From: Bdellovibrionales bacterium | GTDB lineage: Bacteria; Bdellovibrionota; UBA1018 | Reading direction: 5' to 3' | Length of the DNA stretch: 64,000 nt | NCBI GenBank assembly: GCA_947380295.1 | Contig: CANCQK010000002.1 | Location: 10,557-74,556, forward strand | Part shown: positions 48,451 to 58,148 of the stretch, one piece after another | How positions within the stretch are numbered: position 1 is the first letter of the stretch | Layout of the letters: every line of letters begins with the position of its first letter | The notes under the pieces: generated by a model | Databases searched by the model: none | What the model was told of the DNA's origin: nothing | The model's input: the letters and a program-made list of their open reading frames with translations, nothing else | Position numbers and translations under genes: made by a program

Positions 48451-51081
48451 ATGCAATTTAAGATGAACAGAAGTGTGACTCACACGGCATGGGTATTGTT
48501 TTTTTATCTTAATTTTTCATTTACTTCTGCGGATGCGGGTAAGAAGGGTGTTTCATCCCGTCCTCTGCCAACGCCTTCTCCTTCTGTCAAGCCAAATGCT
48601 GCGGACTTATCTCCCGAATTGATTCAGCTTGAGAGGCTGGTTGGAGAAGATAGCTTTAGGCGAGTGGTTTCTAAAACTGATGATGTTGGCTCTCGAATTC
48701 CTAGCATTATTTTTAATGCAATCAGTCATTGGGGTTTCACGATGTATGGAACGCCTCAATTTAATTTAAATTTGAAGTTCGGTCGGGACGTTTACGACAA
48801 TAAGAGCGTTTTGGGGACATGGACCGTAGTGGATCAAGTTGGAGTGGATGGTGCGGTACCATTTTTTAATTCTAGTGTTTTATTGCCTGGGATTGCGAAT
48901 GGCTTCAATTTTTATATCGGTAGCGATGCCGGCGTGGTCGTAACTGATATTAGGCAGGTCAATTCTAAGCAGTATTCTAAAATTCCATCAATAGGAGTTC
49001 GGGCAAATAAGATTCTTAAAGGTGAAGGGTATCAAAATTTATTAAAAACCAAACAGTTAGGACTTAAAGAAGGAATAGATCAACTTGAAGGAAAGTGGGT
49101 CCAATTTACGAATGAAGTTGGGGAGAAGTTGATTTCGTTTTTGCCGGCCGACTCTGAGTCGCACGCGAGATATGCCAAGATTTGGAATATGTTCTTAACT
49201 CCTTTTCGCTTGCCGTTGACTGCGTCTAGGGTGGCTAAGATGGAGCAGGACGAGATTATTTCTTATGAGGGGCAGGGAGCCTTGCAGTCTGGCTTAGGGA
49301 CGGGATGGAATATCGATCCCACGGGATTGACGAGCGCAATCAGTGCAGGGATCTCGGTGAGTGCATTCAGTCGAGGTACGTTTAGGATCTCCATTCTGAA
49401 GGAGTCCGACACAATTGTTCGGGTTAAGGTGAGTAAGATTGGTACTCTGGGGCATCAGTGGTCGGCTGGGTCAGGTTACATGCCCGGATTTCTGGATCAT
49501 GTGGTGATCCTTCGGAATCTTGCTGGATTCATTAAAATCCTACCTTTTCAGCTGAGTCGTGAGACGGATCATTCACGGACATTTGAAGTGACTTATCAGT
49601 TTGATTTGTCCACTCAGGCGGGCGCCCAGGCCTATGAAACGGCTGTGATTGGAAATCTCCAAACTGCTGACGAACTGGCGATCACGCCTCAGGGGCAGTG
49701 GCGGACCTCGCTTGCTGAGACTGGCGTCTTGAGGTTGACTGATTATCAGAGTAAGAGTCAGACCACGACAGCATCCAATATGATGCAACTTACTTTTTTG
49801 TTCAGACAAAATCAGGTGGGTCAAGTGATTGATACTGAGGGTGTGTTAGTTTCTCCAGACGGAACTAAGCGAACGCTCACGGCGCTTGCGCAGAATACCC
49901 AGGAGTGGGGTATTATTTTCAATCAATTTCAAAAATATCAGCACAACTTTGTCGTGAACTTGGATTTGGATCTTTGTGAGCGAGAACCTCAGGCTTGCCA
50001 GAAATTTCCGATGCAGATTGAGGGTCGAATCGATGATTCGGACACGACCCAATCTGCACTGCTTCATTATATTTTAGAGGTAGAGAACTCGGTCGGGCAG
50101 CCTCAGCTTTTTCCTAGAACTCCAGAGATTCGGGATCTCAGAAACTTCACGCGCGATCCCTATCAACCCTTTTATTTTTACCATCGGGGACACGATCTCG
50201 GGTCATCTCATTTTTATTACGCTCTTAATTTGAACGCCGAACAAGTGCAGGAGTTCATTGACTTTCCGCAGGAGAAAATGTGGGATGCCTTGGAGAGAGC
50301 CTTTCATGTCCGTGAGGGAGTTTGGTCCTCGGAGAGAAGTCGATGGGCTTATGGTATTTCTCGAGCGCCCGTTTCATTTGCCGATCTATTTCTGAATCTC
50401 TTTCAGCTGAACTGGGCACCTGGCACTGATCTATTTCACGCCGAGAGGGCAATTTCGAGGTGGCTGAATCTGAGAGCCATTTCGCATCCGATCAAGAAGG
50501 CTGAGGCCTTAGCTAAAACCTTTATGGATACTCTTTATAGTAAGAATATGGTCAATCTCGTGCGAACTGTACTCGCTGAGCGAGATGTGGACTATTATGC
50601 GAGTGGATCGAATCGGGTTTTTGGAAATGTGAGTAAACAAGGGGGAACTCATCTTGCGTTTGAGGATTTAGCCAGTGATTTAGCTAAGTCAGTGGAGTTG
50701 AAAAGAAAGCCTACTCCTGAAGAGCTTGATCCTGAACTTCAAGTGAATGGTTTAAGAGTAGATGGAGTTTCGGCTAGTCAACTCAGTCTCGATCTTTCGA
50801 CGCCGATCTCGCCAGACTCTTACTATGTGGATCTCACAATCAACGACTGGTCTTCATTCTTAATTAAGAACAAACTCATTTTTGCCAAGGTCTTTAAAAA
50901 CCCGGGGCAACCTGCTGGAGAGTCAAAACTGGCTCTTGATCCCAATGATCTCACATCACCCTGGGGTGAGTTAGCTCGTCATATTAGACCTAATATTCGT
51001 TACATTTTGCGCGTCGCAACTTCGAAAGACGGACAAAAGTGGGGTCCTGTGGGTCAGACTGAGTTTCGGGTCTTGCATTGA
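48451..51081 (+). CDS. hypothetical large secreted protein (876 aa)
   Basis: Signal peptide. I recognise no domain. Confidence 0.5.
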   Translation: MQFKMNRSVTHTAWVLFFYLNFSFTSADAGKKGVSSRPLPTPSPSVKPNAADLSPELIQLERLVGEDSFRRVVSKTDDVGSRIPSIIFNAISHWGFTMYGTPQFNLNLKFGRDVYDNKSVLGTWTVVDQVGVDGAVPFFNSSVLLPGIANGFNFYIGSDAGVVVTDIRQVNSKQYSKIPSIGVRANKILKGEGYQNLLKTKQLGLKEGIDQLEGKWVQFTNEVGEKLISFLPADSESHARYAKIWNMFLTPFRLPLTASRVAKMEQDEIISYEGQGALQSGLGTGWNIDPTGLTSAISAGISVSAFSRGTFRISILKESDTIVRVKVSKIGTLGHQWSAGSGYMPGFLDHVVILRNLAGFIKILPFQLSRETDHSRTFEVTYQFDLSTQAGAQAYETAVIGNLQTADELAITPQGQWRTSLAETGVLRLTDYQSKSQTTTASNMMQLTFLFRQNQVGQVIDTEGVLVSPDGTKRTLTALAQNTQEWGIIFNQFQKYQHNFVVNLDLDLCEREPQACQKFPMQIEGRIDDSDTTQSALLHYILEVENSVGQPQLFPRTPEIRDLRNFTRDPYQPFYFYHRGHDLGSSHFYYALNLNAEQVQEFIDFPQEKMWDALERAFHVREGVWSSERSRWAYGISRAPVSFADLFLNLFQLNWAPGTDLFHAERAISRWLNLRAISHPIKKAEALAKTFMDTLYSKNMVNLVRTVLAERDVDYYASGSNRVFGNVSKQGGTHLAFEDLASDLAKSVELKRKPTPEELDPELQVNGLRVDGVSASQLSLDLSTPISPDSYYVDLTINDWSSFLIKNKLIFAKVFKNPGQPAGESKLALDPNDLTSPWGELARHIRPNIRYILRVATSKDGQKWGPVGQTEFRVLH

Positions 51082-51182
51082 TTTTCCTTCCGTGAGTGTT
51101 AACTCCTCCTAAGACCAAAATCATCAAATGCACCGCTAGCGCGGCGATGATGTCAATGCGAGCATGAGAAGGTACTGATTGA

Positions 51183-52052
51183 CTAGGTTGAGTACGTGAG
51201 CTTGCGGATGGCGGATAAAAATAATTCTTCTGACCAAATTTTGACCTCCTCCGGGTCAGTTAGAAAGGGTGCAATATCTGCGCGGGCAAGGTCCCATTGG
51301 ATTTTGGATAATCTTTCTTCGAGGAGTTGGGTTACCGTCTTCGAAGTTAAACTATTTTGTTGGCTTATTTTTCCGCCTTCTTTCATTTTCATTTCAAGAT
51401 ACGGTAGGTGCAGTGGTGTATTTTGTCCCAAGAACCAGAGTAAGTCGTAGAAATCACGACCTTTGACTCGGGTTTTCCAATCACGAAATAGTACTGCATG
51501 CATTTTTCCAGCAAATAATGAGCTCGGTTTAAGAACAGTGATGGATGCCGTTAGGGGAGGGAGTAGGTAGTGGACTTCTGTTTCAAATCCAAGTGGAGGA
51601 TAGACGTCCACTTCAAACTTAATCTGGAGATTTTGATTATTGTGGAGGCGTTGGGCGATCGCACTGGCGGCATCAATTTTCAATAAAAGAATCTTTGTAT
51701 TTGCCTTCAAAAAAGCTGATTCGATTTTTCTTTCTGGCGGCTTATTTGCAGTTTCAATTTCCACCGAAAATCCAAATGACTCTAGAGCCTGCTTGATAGC
51801 TGAAAAATAAGGCTTGAGCTTGAAATCGGGAGTAGTCCTCAAGAGGGTAAAGTCAAGATCCTCAGAAAATCTCGGTAGTCCATAAAAGATCCGTAAGGCT
51901 GTACCGCCATAAAAAGCTGCCCGATCGAAAAAATGGGCTCGTGAAAGTCCGGTCAGAGCGATTTCCTGGATGATCTGCTTCAGCGCATTTTCATACTCAT
52001 TTAGGTTCTTTGGGTTGTATTTCTTGATGAGTGTTTCAATAGGTTTAGCCAT
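51183..52052 (-). CDS. abiEii: AbiEii/AbiGii-family nucleotidyltransferase toxin (DUF1814), type IV TA / abortive-infection toxin
   Basis: AAFYGGTALRIFYGLPRFSEDLDFTL fits the DUF1814 GGTAL...R.SxDxD nucleotidyltransferase motif. 289 aa. Its start overlaps the upstream gene's stop by 8 nt. Confidence 0.7.
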   Translation of the reverse strand: MAKPIETLIKKYNPKNLNEYENALKQIIQEIALTGLSRAHFFDRAAFYGGTALRIFYGLPRFSEDLDFTLLRTTPDFKLKPYFSAIKQALESFGFSVEIETANKPPERKIESAFLKANTKILLLKIDAASAIAQRLHNNQNLQIKFEVDVYPPLGFETEVHYLLPPLTASITVLKPSSLFAGKMHAVLFRDWKTRVKGRDFYDLLWFLGQNTPLHLPYLEMKMKEGGKISQQNSLTSKTVTQLLEERLSKIQWDLARADIAPFLTDPEEVKIWSEELFLSAIRKLTYST

Positions 52053-52713
52053 GGTGTTGCTCCAGTTGAGGGATCAACCACTTGAGCAATCGATACTCAA
52101 AGCAGTTCCGGTGGTAGTAAGTGAGGATGTTCATGACCTGGTCTGGGTGAGTGGAGCTGAGAAAAGAGTTGAGCTTGATCCGGAGATGATGAGTGAGAAA
52201 ATCCTGGATCTCTGAATGCCCTTGTAATGCCACACCCGGGTGCCGGAGTTTGAGGTAATCGAGAAGTGCCTTTTCTGGAGTTGCAATCAGGAAATTAAAA
52301 TCCGGGTGTAAGATATACCCAAATGGGTATCGATGAGAATGAAGATGGTCATACTTAAAGTTCCCGAGCGAGGTTGAAAAATTGGACGACTTTCGCAGCG
52401 TGACAGAGGTTACGGTGCTGACTCGATCCATGATTAACCCGTAATGTTGTAGGGCCCACTCCGCCGAGACATAGGATGGAAAATAAAGTGCATTTGCTAA
52501 GACTTCGAGAGGTGTTTCGCGCAAGTCCTTGGTTCTCAAGTTAATGTAGTGACCACGTGAAGTCATCTCCAAGTCACCTCGTCGAACGAGATCGAAGATC
52601 TTTTTTCTCGGCTGCTTGAAGTGCTTGAATCGGTCCACTAAAAGGCGCAAGTCGGCCTGAATGGGGAGCTGTTCAAGAATAGAGAGGTCTGTATAGATGC
52701 TCTTTTTCTGCAT
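52045..52713 (-). CDS. abiEi: AbiEi-family antitoxin / transcriptional regulator (N-terminal wHTH)
   Basis: 222 aa. The N-terminus (…DLVRRGDLEMTSRGHYINL) resembles the AbiEi_4 wHTH (…L..G.L.R...G.Y). Translationally coupled to the abiEii-like gene. Confidence 0.6.
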   Translation of the reverse strand: MQKKSIYTDLSILEQLPIQADLRLLVDRFKHFKQPRKKIFDLVRRGDLEMTSRGHYINLRTKDLRETPLEVLANALYFPSYVSAEWALQHYGLIMDRVSTVTSVTLRKSSNFSTSLGNFKYDHLHSHRYPFGYILHPDFNFLIATPEKALLDYLKLRHPGVALQGHSEIQDFLTHHLRIKLNSFLSSTHPDQVMNILTYYHRNCFEYRLLKWLIPQLEQHHG

Positions 52714-52755
52714 AGTTTATTACTGATATGGTAACAAACTATGCAGAAAAAGAGC
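52699..52755. repeat. 25-bp inverted repeat (24/25 match) with a 7-nt spacer, spanning the abiEi start codon and its first 15 coding nucleotides
   Basis: gctctttttctgcatagtttattac at 52699-52723, spacer tgatatg, gtaacaaactatgcagaaaaagagc at 52731-52755. Read directly. Confidence 0.7.
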
Positions 52756-52867
52756 AAATAGATTCGATGCGCTCCCCATTTGAGCAGAAGGGCCGCCCGT
52801 ATGGGTTGTAAGCTGCAAAAGTCTTAATTTTTTTGGTTGACGAAAAGGTTCCTTGCGAGTGTCACCA

Positions 52868-54028
52868 CTAGTTAATGATAGGTTTTGCATTCTCGCTATA
52901 CGTCTTTAATACAGCAGCAACGCCCTGGCCAAGTTCAAACGAGTGGCCTAGTTCATGGAGGACGAGTTCTAGGGCTGAAATTCCAGTAATGACGTCAAAT
53001 CGGTCACAATACCCGAAGTGAGAGAGGCGGATGATCTTGCCTTCGAGTTCGTCCTGCCCTCCAGCGATCGTGACTCCGTATTGGTCTCTCATCATCTTCG
53101 GGATTTGTTTCCCGTCCTTGATGTTTGAGGGCACGACGACTGCGGTAACCGCATTGGAGGGGGCTTTCTTCGAGAGGAGTTCCAGGTGGAGAGCCTTGAC
53201 TGCGTTCCGGGTGGCGCGGGCCAAAAGATCGTGGCGTTTGAAGACGTTATGAAGCCCCTCATTGCGGAGCATTTTGAGGCTCTCTTGGAGTCCTTGAATG
53301 ATTGAGATGGCGGGGGTCCATGCAGTTTGATTTTTTGCCTGTGCTTTTCGCTCTTTGGAAAGATCAAAATAAAAACGAGGCAGCTCTGCCTGAGCATGGG
53401 CTTTCCATGCCTTTTCGTTCAGTGCAATCATCGCCAGTCCGGGAGGGAGCATGAGGGCTTTTTGTGAACCCGTGATGAGGACGTCGATTCCCCAATCGTC
53501 CATGGGGAGGTCAAAGACCCCGCAGGCGGTGATCGCGTCACAAACGCTGAGCATCCCCGCTTGGGAGGCAATTCGACAGATTTCCTGAGTGGGCATGACC
53601 ACGCCTGTTGAGGTCTCAGAGGCTTGAAATAAGATGGCCTTTGCATCGGGGTGCTGTCGCACGCACTCTTCGAGTTGGTCGGGTTCGACAGCAGTTCCTG
53701 GGGGTAGGAGAATTTCGATGGGATTGAGTGCAAACGTTTTTGCGAGTTTGGTCCATCGCTCGCCGAATTTGCCGCCATTGATCGTGATGACCTTTTGGCC
53801 TGTTGAAAACAGGTTGGTCGCGGCGGCTTCCATTGCCCCTGTGCCTGTAGTGGTGAGGATCAAGACCTCATTCTTGGTTTGAAAGAGGTATTTCAGTCCT
53901 TGGCGGACGTCTTCGAAAATGCTCTGAAATGCGGGAGTGCGATGGTGGATAATCGGCTTGGCAAAAAGCGCACTAATATTTTCTGGGATTGGAGTTGGGC
54001 CGGGAGTGAGAAGGTACGTCTTCATCAT
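52868..54028 (-). CDS. class V aminotransferase (serine--pyruvate / alanine--glyoxylate aminotransferase family)
   Basis: N-terminal LLTPGPTPIP and a PLP fold-type I pattern. 386 aa. Confidence 0.75.
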   Translation of the reverse strand: MMKTYLLTPGPTPIPENISALFAKPIIHHRTPAFQSIFEDVRQGLKYLFQTKNEVLILTTTGTGAMEAAATNLFSTGQKVITINGGKFGERWTKLAKTFALNPIEILLPPGTAVEPDQLEECVRQHPDAKAILFQASETSTGVVMPTQEICRIASQAGMLSVCDAITACGVFDLPMDDWGIDVLITGSQKALMLPPGLAMIALNEKAWKAHAQAELPRFYFDLSKERKAQAKNQTAWTPAISIIQGLQESLKMLRNEGLHNVFKRHDLLARATRNAVKALHLELLSKKAPSNAVTAVVVPSNIKDGKQIPKMMRDQYGVTIAGGQDELEGKIIRLSHFGYCDRFDVITGISALELVLHELGHSFELGQGVAAVLKTYSENAKPIIN

Positions 54029-54117
54029 AGTTGAGTTTCCTCAATAATTTTAACTTGTTGTAAAAAATACTACAATTTAGGACGGTGTTCGGGTTGGGGT
54101 GATTCCCCTGCCGGACT

Positions 54118-54537
54118 TCACTTACCGGGTTTTTGCTGCCGCTTGTTTGACTTGTCCTCGATGATCTCGTCGATGATGGCGAGCGCTTCGTGGCGCAGGT
54201 CATTTTCAAAAATAAAACGGTAGAAATTTTCCATGTCCGGGTGGTGTCTGAAATTCTTAAAGGAGGCTGACATTTCTCCGCCGCCTGCCGCTGCTAGGGC
54301 TGCGGCATTTCCGCCGCCTGCGCTTGAAGCTGCTTCTGCTTCCTCTTCGATTTCCTCAGCTTCTTCTGCTGCATCAGGATTTAACTGGGGAGGTGCGACT
54401 TCGAGAACCTCTTCCTCAATCTTGGCGTGTTTCTTCTCTGCCTTGGAATGAGAGGGGGCCTTGGAGTTCTTTTTTGAAGACTCCTTGGCGGGTTCTTTTT
54501 TTCGACTAGCAGACTTGGCGTTGGCTTTTGTGCTCAT
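54118..54537 (-). CDS. hypothetical protein with a Lys-rich N-terminus, acidic/Ala-Gly linker and conserved C-terminal helix
   Basis: Compositional only: KKEPAKESSKKNSK..., EEAEEIEEEAEAASSAGGG. Confidence 0.35.
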   Translation of the reverse strand: MSTKANAKSASRKKEPAKESSKKNSKAPSHSKAEKKHAKIEEEVLEVAPPQLNPDAAEEAEEIEEEAEAASSAGGGNAAALAAAGGGEMSASFKNFRHHPDMENFYRFIFENDLRHEALAIIDEIIEDKSNKRQQKPGK

Positions 54538-54610
54538 GATTCATTCCTCTAACGGGGCTTGATAGCGTTTTTCTACCTCAGTCAGGGAAAGATCCAAAGT
54601 AAATTTTTAT

Positions 54611-54643
54611 AGAGTTCAGGTCGAAGCGTCCGACCTGAACTCT
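54611..54643. terminator. perfect 13-bp hairpin (agagttcaggtcg / cgacctgaactct, 7-nt loop) just downstream of the thiolase gene on the minus strand
   Basis: Read directly. The flanking sequence is only moderately U-rich on the minus strand, so terminator function is uncertain. Confidence 0.35.
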
Positions 54644-54651
54644 AAAGTGAG

Positions 54652-55932
54652 TTAAATAGCCTCAACCACCAGTACCATTCCAAGGCCGCCTGCAGCGCAA
54701 ATCGAGATGAGGCCCAGGTTTTTCTTCCTGGCGCGCAGTTCGAGGAGAGCTTGAAGGATGACACGGGTGCCAGTAGCTCCAAAGGGGTGGCCAAGTGGGA
54801 TACTTCCACCGTTTACGTTGAGCCGGGAGCGGTCTACCTGGCCAATTGCTTGATCCAGGCCGAGTTTATCTTTGGCCCACTGTTTGGATTCGATGGCTCG
54901 GATCGTCGAAAGGACTTGGCCGGCAAACGCCTCATGCATTTCGATTAGATCGATGTCTTCCCATTTGACGCCTGCCATTTTCAAGGCTCTTGGAATGGCA
55001 AATGCGGGTCCAATCAAAAGGGGTTCCTTCTTAATGTCGACCCCTGCTGAGGCAACAGCTCGAATTACGCCGAGGGGCTGCATTCCAAGCTCGCGGGATC
55101 TGGTCTCGCTCATCATGAGAACGGCAGAAGCTCCGTCGGTGAGGGGGCTAGCATTTCCCGCTGTGATGGTGCCGTCTTTATAAAAAACAGGTCTCAGTTT
55201 GGAGAGCTTTTCTGCTGACGTATCTGCCCGTACGTCTGTATCACGGTCGATGAGTTTGCCATCCTGTGTGGCAACAGGGACAACGTGATTGCTGTAAAAT
55301 CCTCGCTCCCAGGCTTGGTGAGCTTTTTTATGGCTATCAGCTGCGAATTGATCCTGCTCTTCTCGACTGACTTGGAATTCGCGGGTCATGAGGTCAGCAG
55401 ACTGGCCCATGGTGAGTCCCGTTGTGGGCTCTTTGATTCCCGGAGCGAGGGGGGTGAAGAATGCAGGGCGAAGGTGGGCTGCATGGCTCAGCTTTTGAGC
55501 GGTAGTCTTGGCTCTGCCGAAATCTTGGAAAAAATCGGTTGCTTCTTGGCTGAACAAAGCTCGGATTGAGCTGATCGACTCCACACCACCTGCAATGCCA
55601 ATGTCAATTTGACCTGCGGTAATTTTTGCTGCAATTGCAGCAGCTGACTCCGCAGAGGATGCGCAGTATCGATTGATTGTGGTGCATGGAATGGATGCAG
55701 GGAGTCCTGAATCAAATAGGGCCTCGCGTGAGATGTTGGTGCCCTCAGCCGGAGGACTCACGATGCCGAAGTAAACTTCGTCCACAAGTTTTGGATCGAG
55801 GTTTGATCGGGCAATCGTTTCTCGGAGAGCGACGCCTCCCAGTGTAGAAGGAGGGGTCTTCTGAAACACAGTTCGAGCTCTGACAAAAGGCGTTCTAACT
55901 CCGTTGACTATCACCACTCGTTCCATTGACAT
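54652..55932 (-). CDS. acetyl-CoA C-acyltransferase (thiolase)
   Basis: C-terminal NGGSIPLGHPFGATGTRVILQ and CAAGGLG thiolase signatures. Confidence 0.9.
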   Translation of the reverse strand: MSMERVVIVNGVRTPFVRARTVFQKTPPSTLGGVALRETIARSNLDPKLVDEVYFGIVSPPAEGTNISREALFDSGLPASIPCTTINRYCASSAESAAAIAAKITAGQIDIGIAGGVESISSIRALFSQEATDFFQDFGRAKTTAQKLSHAAHLRPAFFTPLAPGIKEPTTGLTMGQSADLMTREFQVSREEQDQFAADSHKKAHQAWERGFYSNHVVPVATQDGKLIDRDTDVRADTSAEKLSKLRPVFYKDGTITAGNASPLTDGASAVLMMSETRSRELGMQPLGVIRAVASAGVDIKKEPLLIGPAFAIPRALKMAGVKWEDIDLIEMHEAFAGQVLSTIRAIESKQWAKDKLGLDQAIGQVDRSRLNVNGGSIPLGHPFGATGTRVILQALLELRARKKNLGLISICAAGGLGMVLVVEAI

Positions 55933-56003
55933 AAGATGCGTCTCCTTAATATTCTATTTAACATCATTGAAAGCAGAAAAAAGTCAACAGATTGCTTAAA
56001 TGC

Positions 56004-57380
56004 TTATCTTGAGGTTTCGCCTGAAGTCAGGGACCACTTCGGTGAAACGCAGTTGCCTAGCCCGTAAGTGAGGCGTTTCACGAATGTCCCGTCTGAGTTC
56101 ATGACATAAATATTTTTTTGGCCGGTACGATTCGAGCTGAAAACTAAAAAGTTTCCGTCGGGACTGAAAAAGGGGTCTTCATTATTTCCCTGATTTTTTG
56201 TGAGGCGTTCAATATGGGTACCGTCTGGATTCATGATGAAGACATCAAAAGATTTGTCAATCCACCCGGCAAATGCAATTTTTTTGTTTTGAGGTGACCA
56301 CGAAGGGGTCGCGTTGTATCGGCCTGCGTAGGTCAGTCGATTGGGCTGTGAGCCATCAGCATTCATGCTGTACACCATGGGAACGCCCGCGCGAGACGAC
56401 ACAAAGGTGAGTTGTTTACCGTCTGGACTCCAGGATGGGTCCACGTCAAAGCCAAATGACTTGGAGATTTGCTTAGTGTTTCCTGTCCTGAGGTCGAGCG
56501 AAAAGAGCTGTGGGGTGCCCATGTAGCTCAGAGTGAGTGCGAGGGTTTTTCCGTCAGGGGAGTAGGCTGCTCCGCTATTGATTCCTTTTTTATCGGAGAG
56601 GAGCCTAACGGAGTTAGTTGTAAAGTTAAATTCAAAAAGGTCGATGTTTCGGATGTTATTCGCGTGACGGTTGAAAAGGGAGTAGGCGATGCGCGTGCCG
56701 TCTGGGCTCCATGCCGGTGCAAATGCAATTGAACGATGATGGGTGACTTGCTTCACGTTAGAGCCGTCGAAGTCCATGATATAGATCTCTTTTTTACCGG
56801 TGAGATCACAAGTCATGGCGACTTTAGTTAAAAAGATTCCTGGCAGCCCCGTCAGGGCGTGCACGATATCGTTGGCAGCGGTGTGAGCTAAGTTTCGAGT
56901 TTCACCCAAAGTTGCGCGATACTTTCGAGAGAGGATCTCTTTTGCGCTCAACGTGTCATAAAAGTGGACTTCATACGTCAGGGCTTTTGATGCTTCCTGG
57001 GTGAGTTCGGATTTGATTAAAAACTCAGCGCCGATTTGGGTCCAGTCCTTCCAAGGAAAGGTGTTGAGAGAAATTCCAGTTTTTTTGGGATCTTCAACGT
57101 AAGCTGTAGGGTCTAGAAGCTTGACCATGTCCATAAAAAGGAGGTCTTGCTTGATCGTCTCGGTGAGTGTTCGAGCAACGGCTGCAGTGGTCGTTTGAGA
57201 CCGCACTGCGGGAAATGCAATTACGGTTTTTTTGACTTTTGCTTCGCCTACGGAAATAGCGTCCTCATTTGAGCTGGAAAAGGCTGCAGCCCAGGCCTGA
57301 CTGCTAAAAAAGGCAAGGCTGAGGAGTGCGTGGGCAAAAGAGACTTTGGTGCGTTTCGAAAGAAATATGCCGTTGATCAT
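56004..57380 (-). CDS. tolB: Tol-Pal system beta-propeller protein TolB
   Basis: Repeated PxWSPDG propeller blades (PAWSPDGTRIAYS, PSWSPDGKQLTFVS). Position after tolA. The likely start is the Met at 57380. Confidence 0.85.
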   Translation of the reverse strand: MINGIFLSKRTKVSFAHALLSLAFFSSQAWAAAFSSSNEDAISVGEAKVKKTVIAFPAVRSQTTTAAVARTLTETIKQDLLFMDMVKLLDPTAYVEDPKKTGISLNTFPWKDWTQIGAEFLIKSELTQEASKALTYEVHFYDTLSAKEILSRKYRATLGETRNLAHTAANDIVHALTGLPGIFLTKVAMTCDLTGKKEIYIMDFDGSNVKQVTHHRSIAFAPAWSPDGTRIAYSLFNRHANNIRNIDLFEFNFTTNSVRLLSDKKGINSGAAYSPDGKTLALTLSYMGTPQLFSLDLRTGNTKQISKSFGFDVDPSWSPDGKQLTFVSSRAGVPMVYSMNADGSQPNRLTYAGRYNATPSWSPQNKKIAFAGWIDKSFDVFIMNPDGTHIERLTKNQGNNEDPFFSPDGNFLVFSSNRTGQKNIYVMNSDGTFVKRLTYGLGNCVSPKWSLTSGETSR

Positions 57381-57390
57381 ACCTGACTGC

Positions 57391-58134
57391 CTATAATAGA
57401 GGAAATCCCACCAAAATGCCATGATTCATCATTTTTTGCCTAAGTTCTTGGGGGGGGCTGGGTAAGGGTTCGCTTTGTTCAATGGCTCTGACCACCAAGG
57501 TGTCGAATTGTGAATTGTTGGAACGGTTTTCAAAGACATATCGAATCACTCGTCCGGAGTCGGCGATAAAGATGCGAACCTGCGCGTTAAGAGTTTGCCG
57601 TTTGAGCCAGACTGGGAGTTGAAAGTTGGGGCTCAGGCGGTCCTTAAGTAAGTCACGGTAATCGGTTGAGTTGGATTCTCTCGCCTCGCCGTCTAGGCTG
57701 CTTCCTTTAGAGATCTGATTCCCTTTAATGAGGTGTACTGGAACGCTTGGACGAGATTCTTCATCCCAACTGTGGACTTTAGTCAGGGATCTAAATCGCT
57801 TAAGAATTTCTTTATTTTTTTCAGCAGGAGAGAGTTTGTGAGCTTTTGAGGTCAAGCTCATGTCGTGAGAAGGAGCGGTTTGTGTCTCAGCTTTCTGAGG
57901 ATTCTTTTTTTGCTCTAGTGCTGGAAGGTGCGCTTGCGAGGACGGTGAGGCAGTCTGGTCTTTTTTAAGCACGTCTGGCAATGCGACCAGATCCACTTTT
58001 AGGGTGGGGATGTAAGGTTTAAGGTGTTCCGTAAAGAGGAATGACTTCACTGTAACGAGTAAAAAAAACCCGATATGGCCTAGGATAGACCATTTTAGTC
58101 CTTGAGAAAGAGAGGATTCTGGCTGCTGCGTCAT
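57391..58134 (-). CDS. tolA: TolA-like / TonB-family energy-transducer protein
   Basis: N-terminal transmembrane anchor, a Pro/Lys-rich linker, and a C-terminal TonB/TolA-like domain. Sits between tolR and tolB. Confidence 0.55.
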   Translation of the reverse strand: MTQQPESSLSQGLKWSILGHIGFFLLVTVKSFLFTEHLKPYIPTLKVDLVALPDVLKKDQTASPSSQAHLPALEQKKNPQKAETQTAPSHDMSLTSKAHKLSPAEKNKEILKRFRSLTKVHSWDEESRPSVPVHLIKGNQISKGSSLDGEARESNSTDYRDLLKDRLSPNFQLPVWLKRQTLNAQVRIFIADSGRVIRYVFENRSNNSQFDTLVVRAIEQSEPLPSPPQELRQKMMNHGILVGFPLL

Positions 58135-58148
58135 TTGAACGGCCCCCT

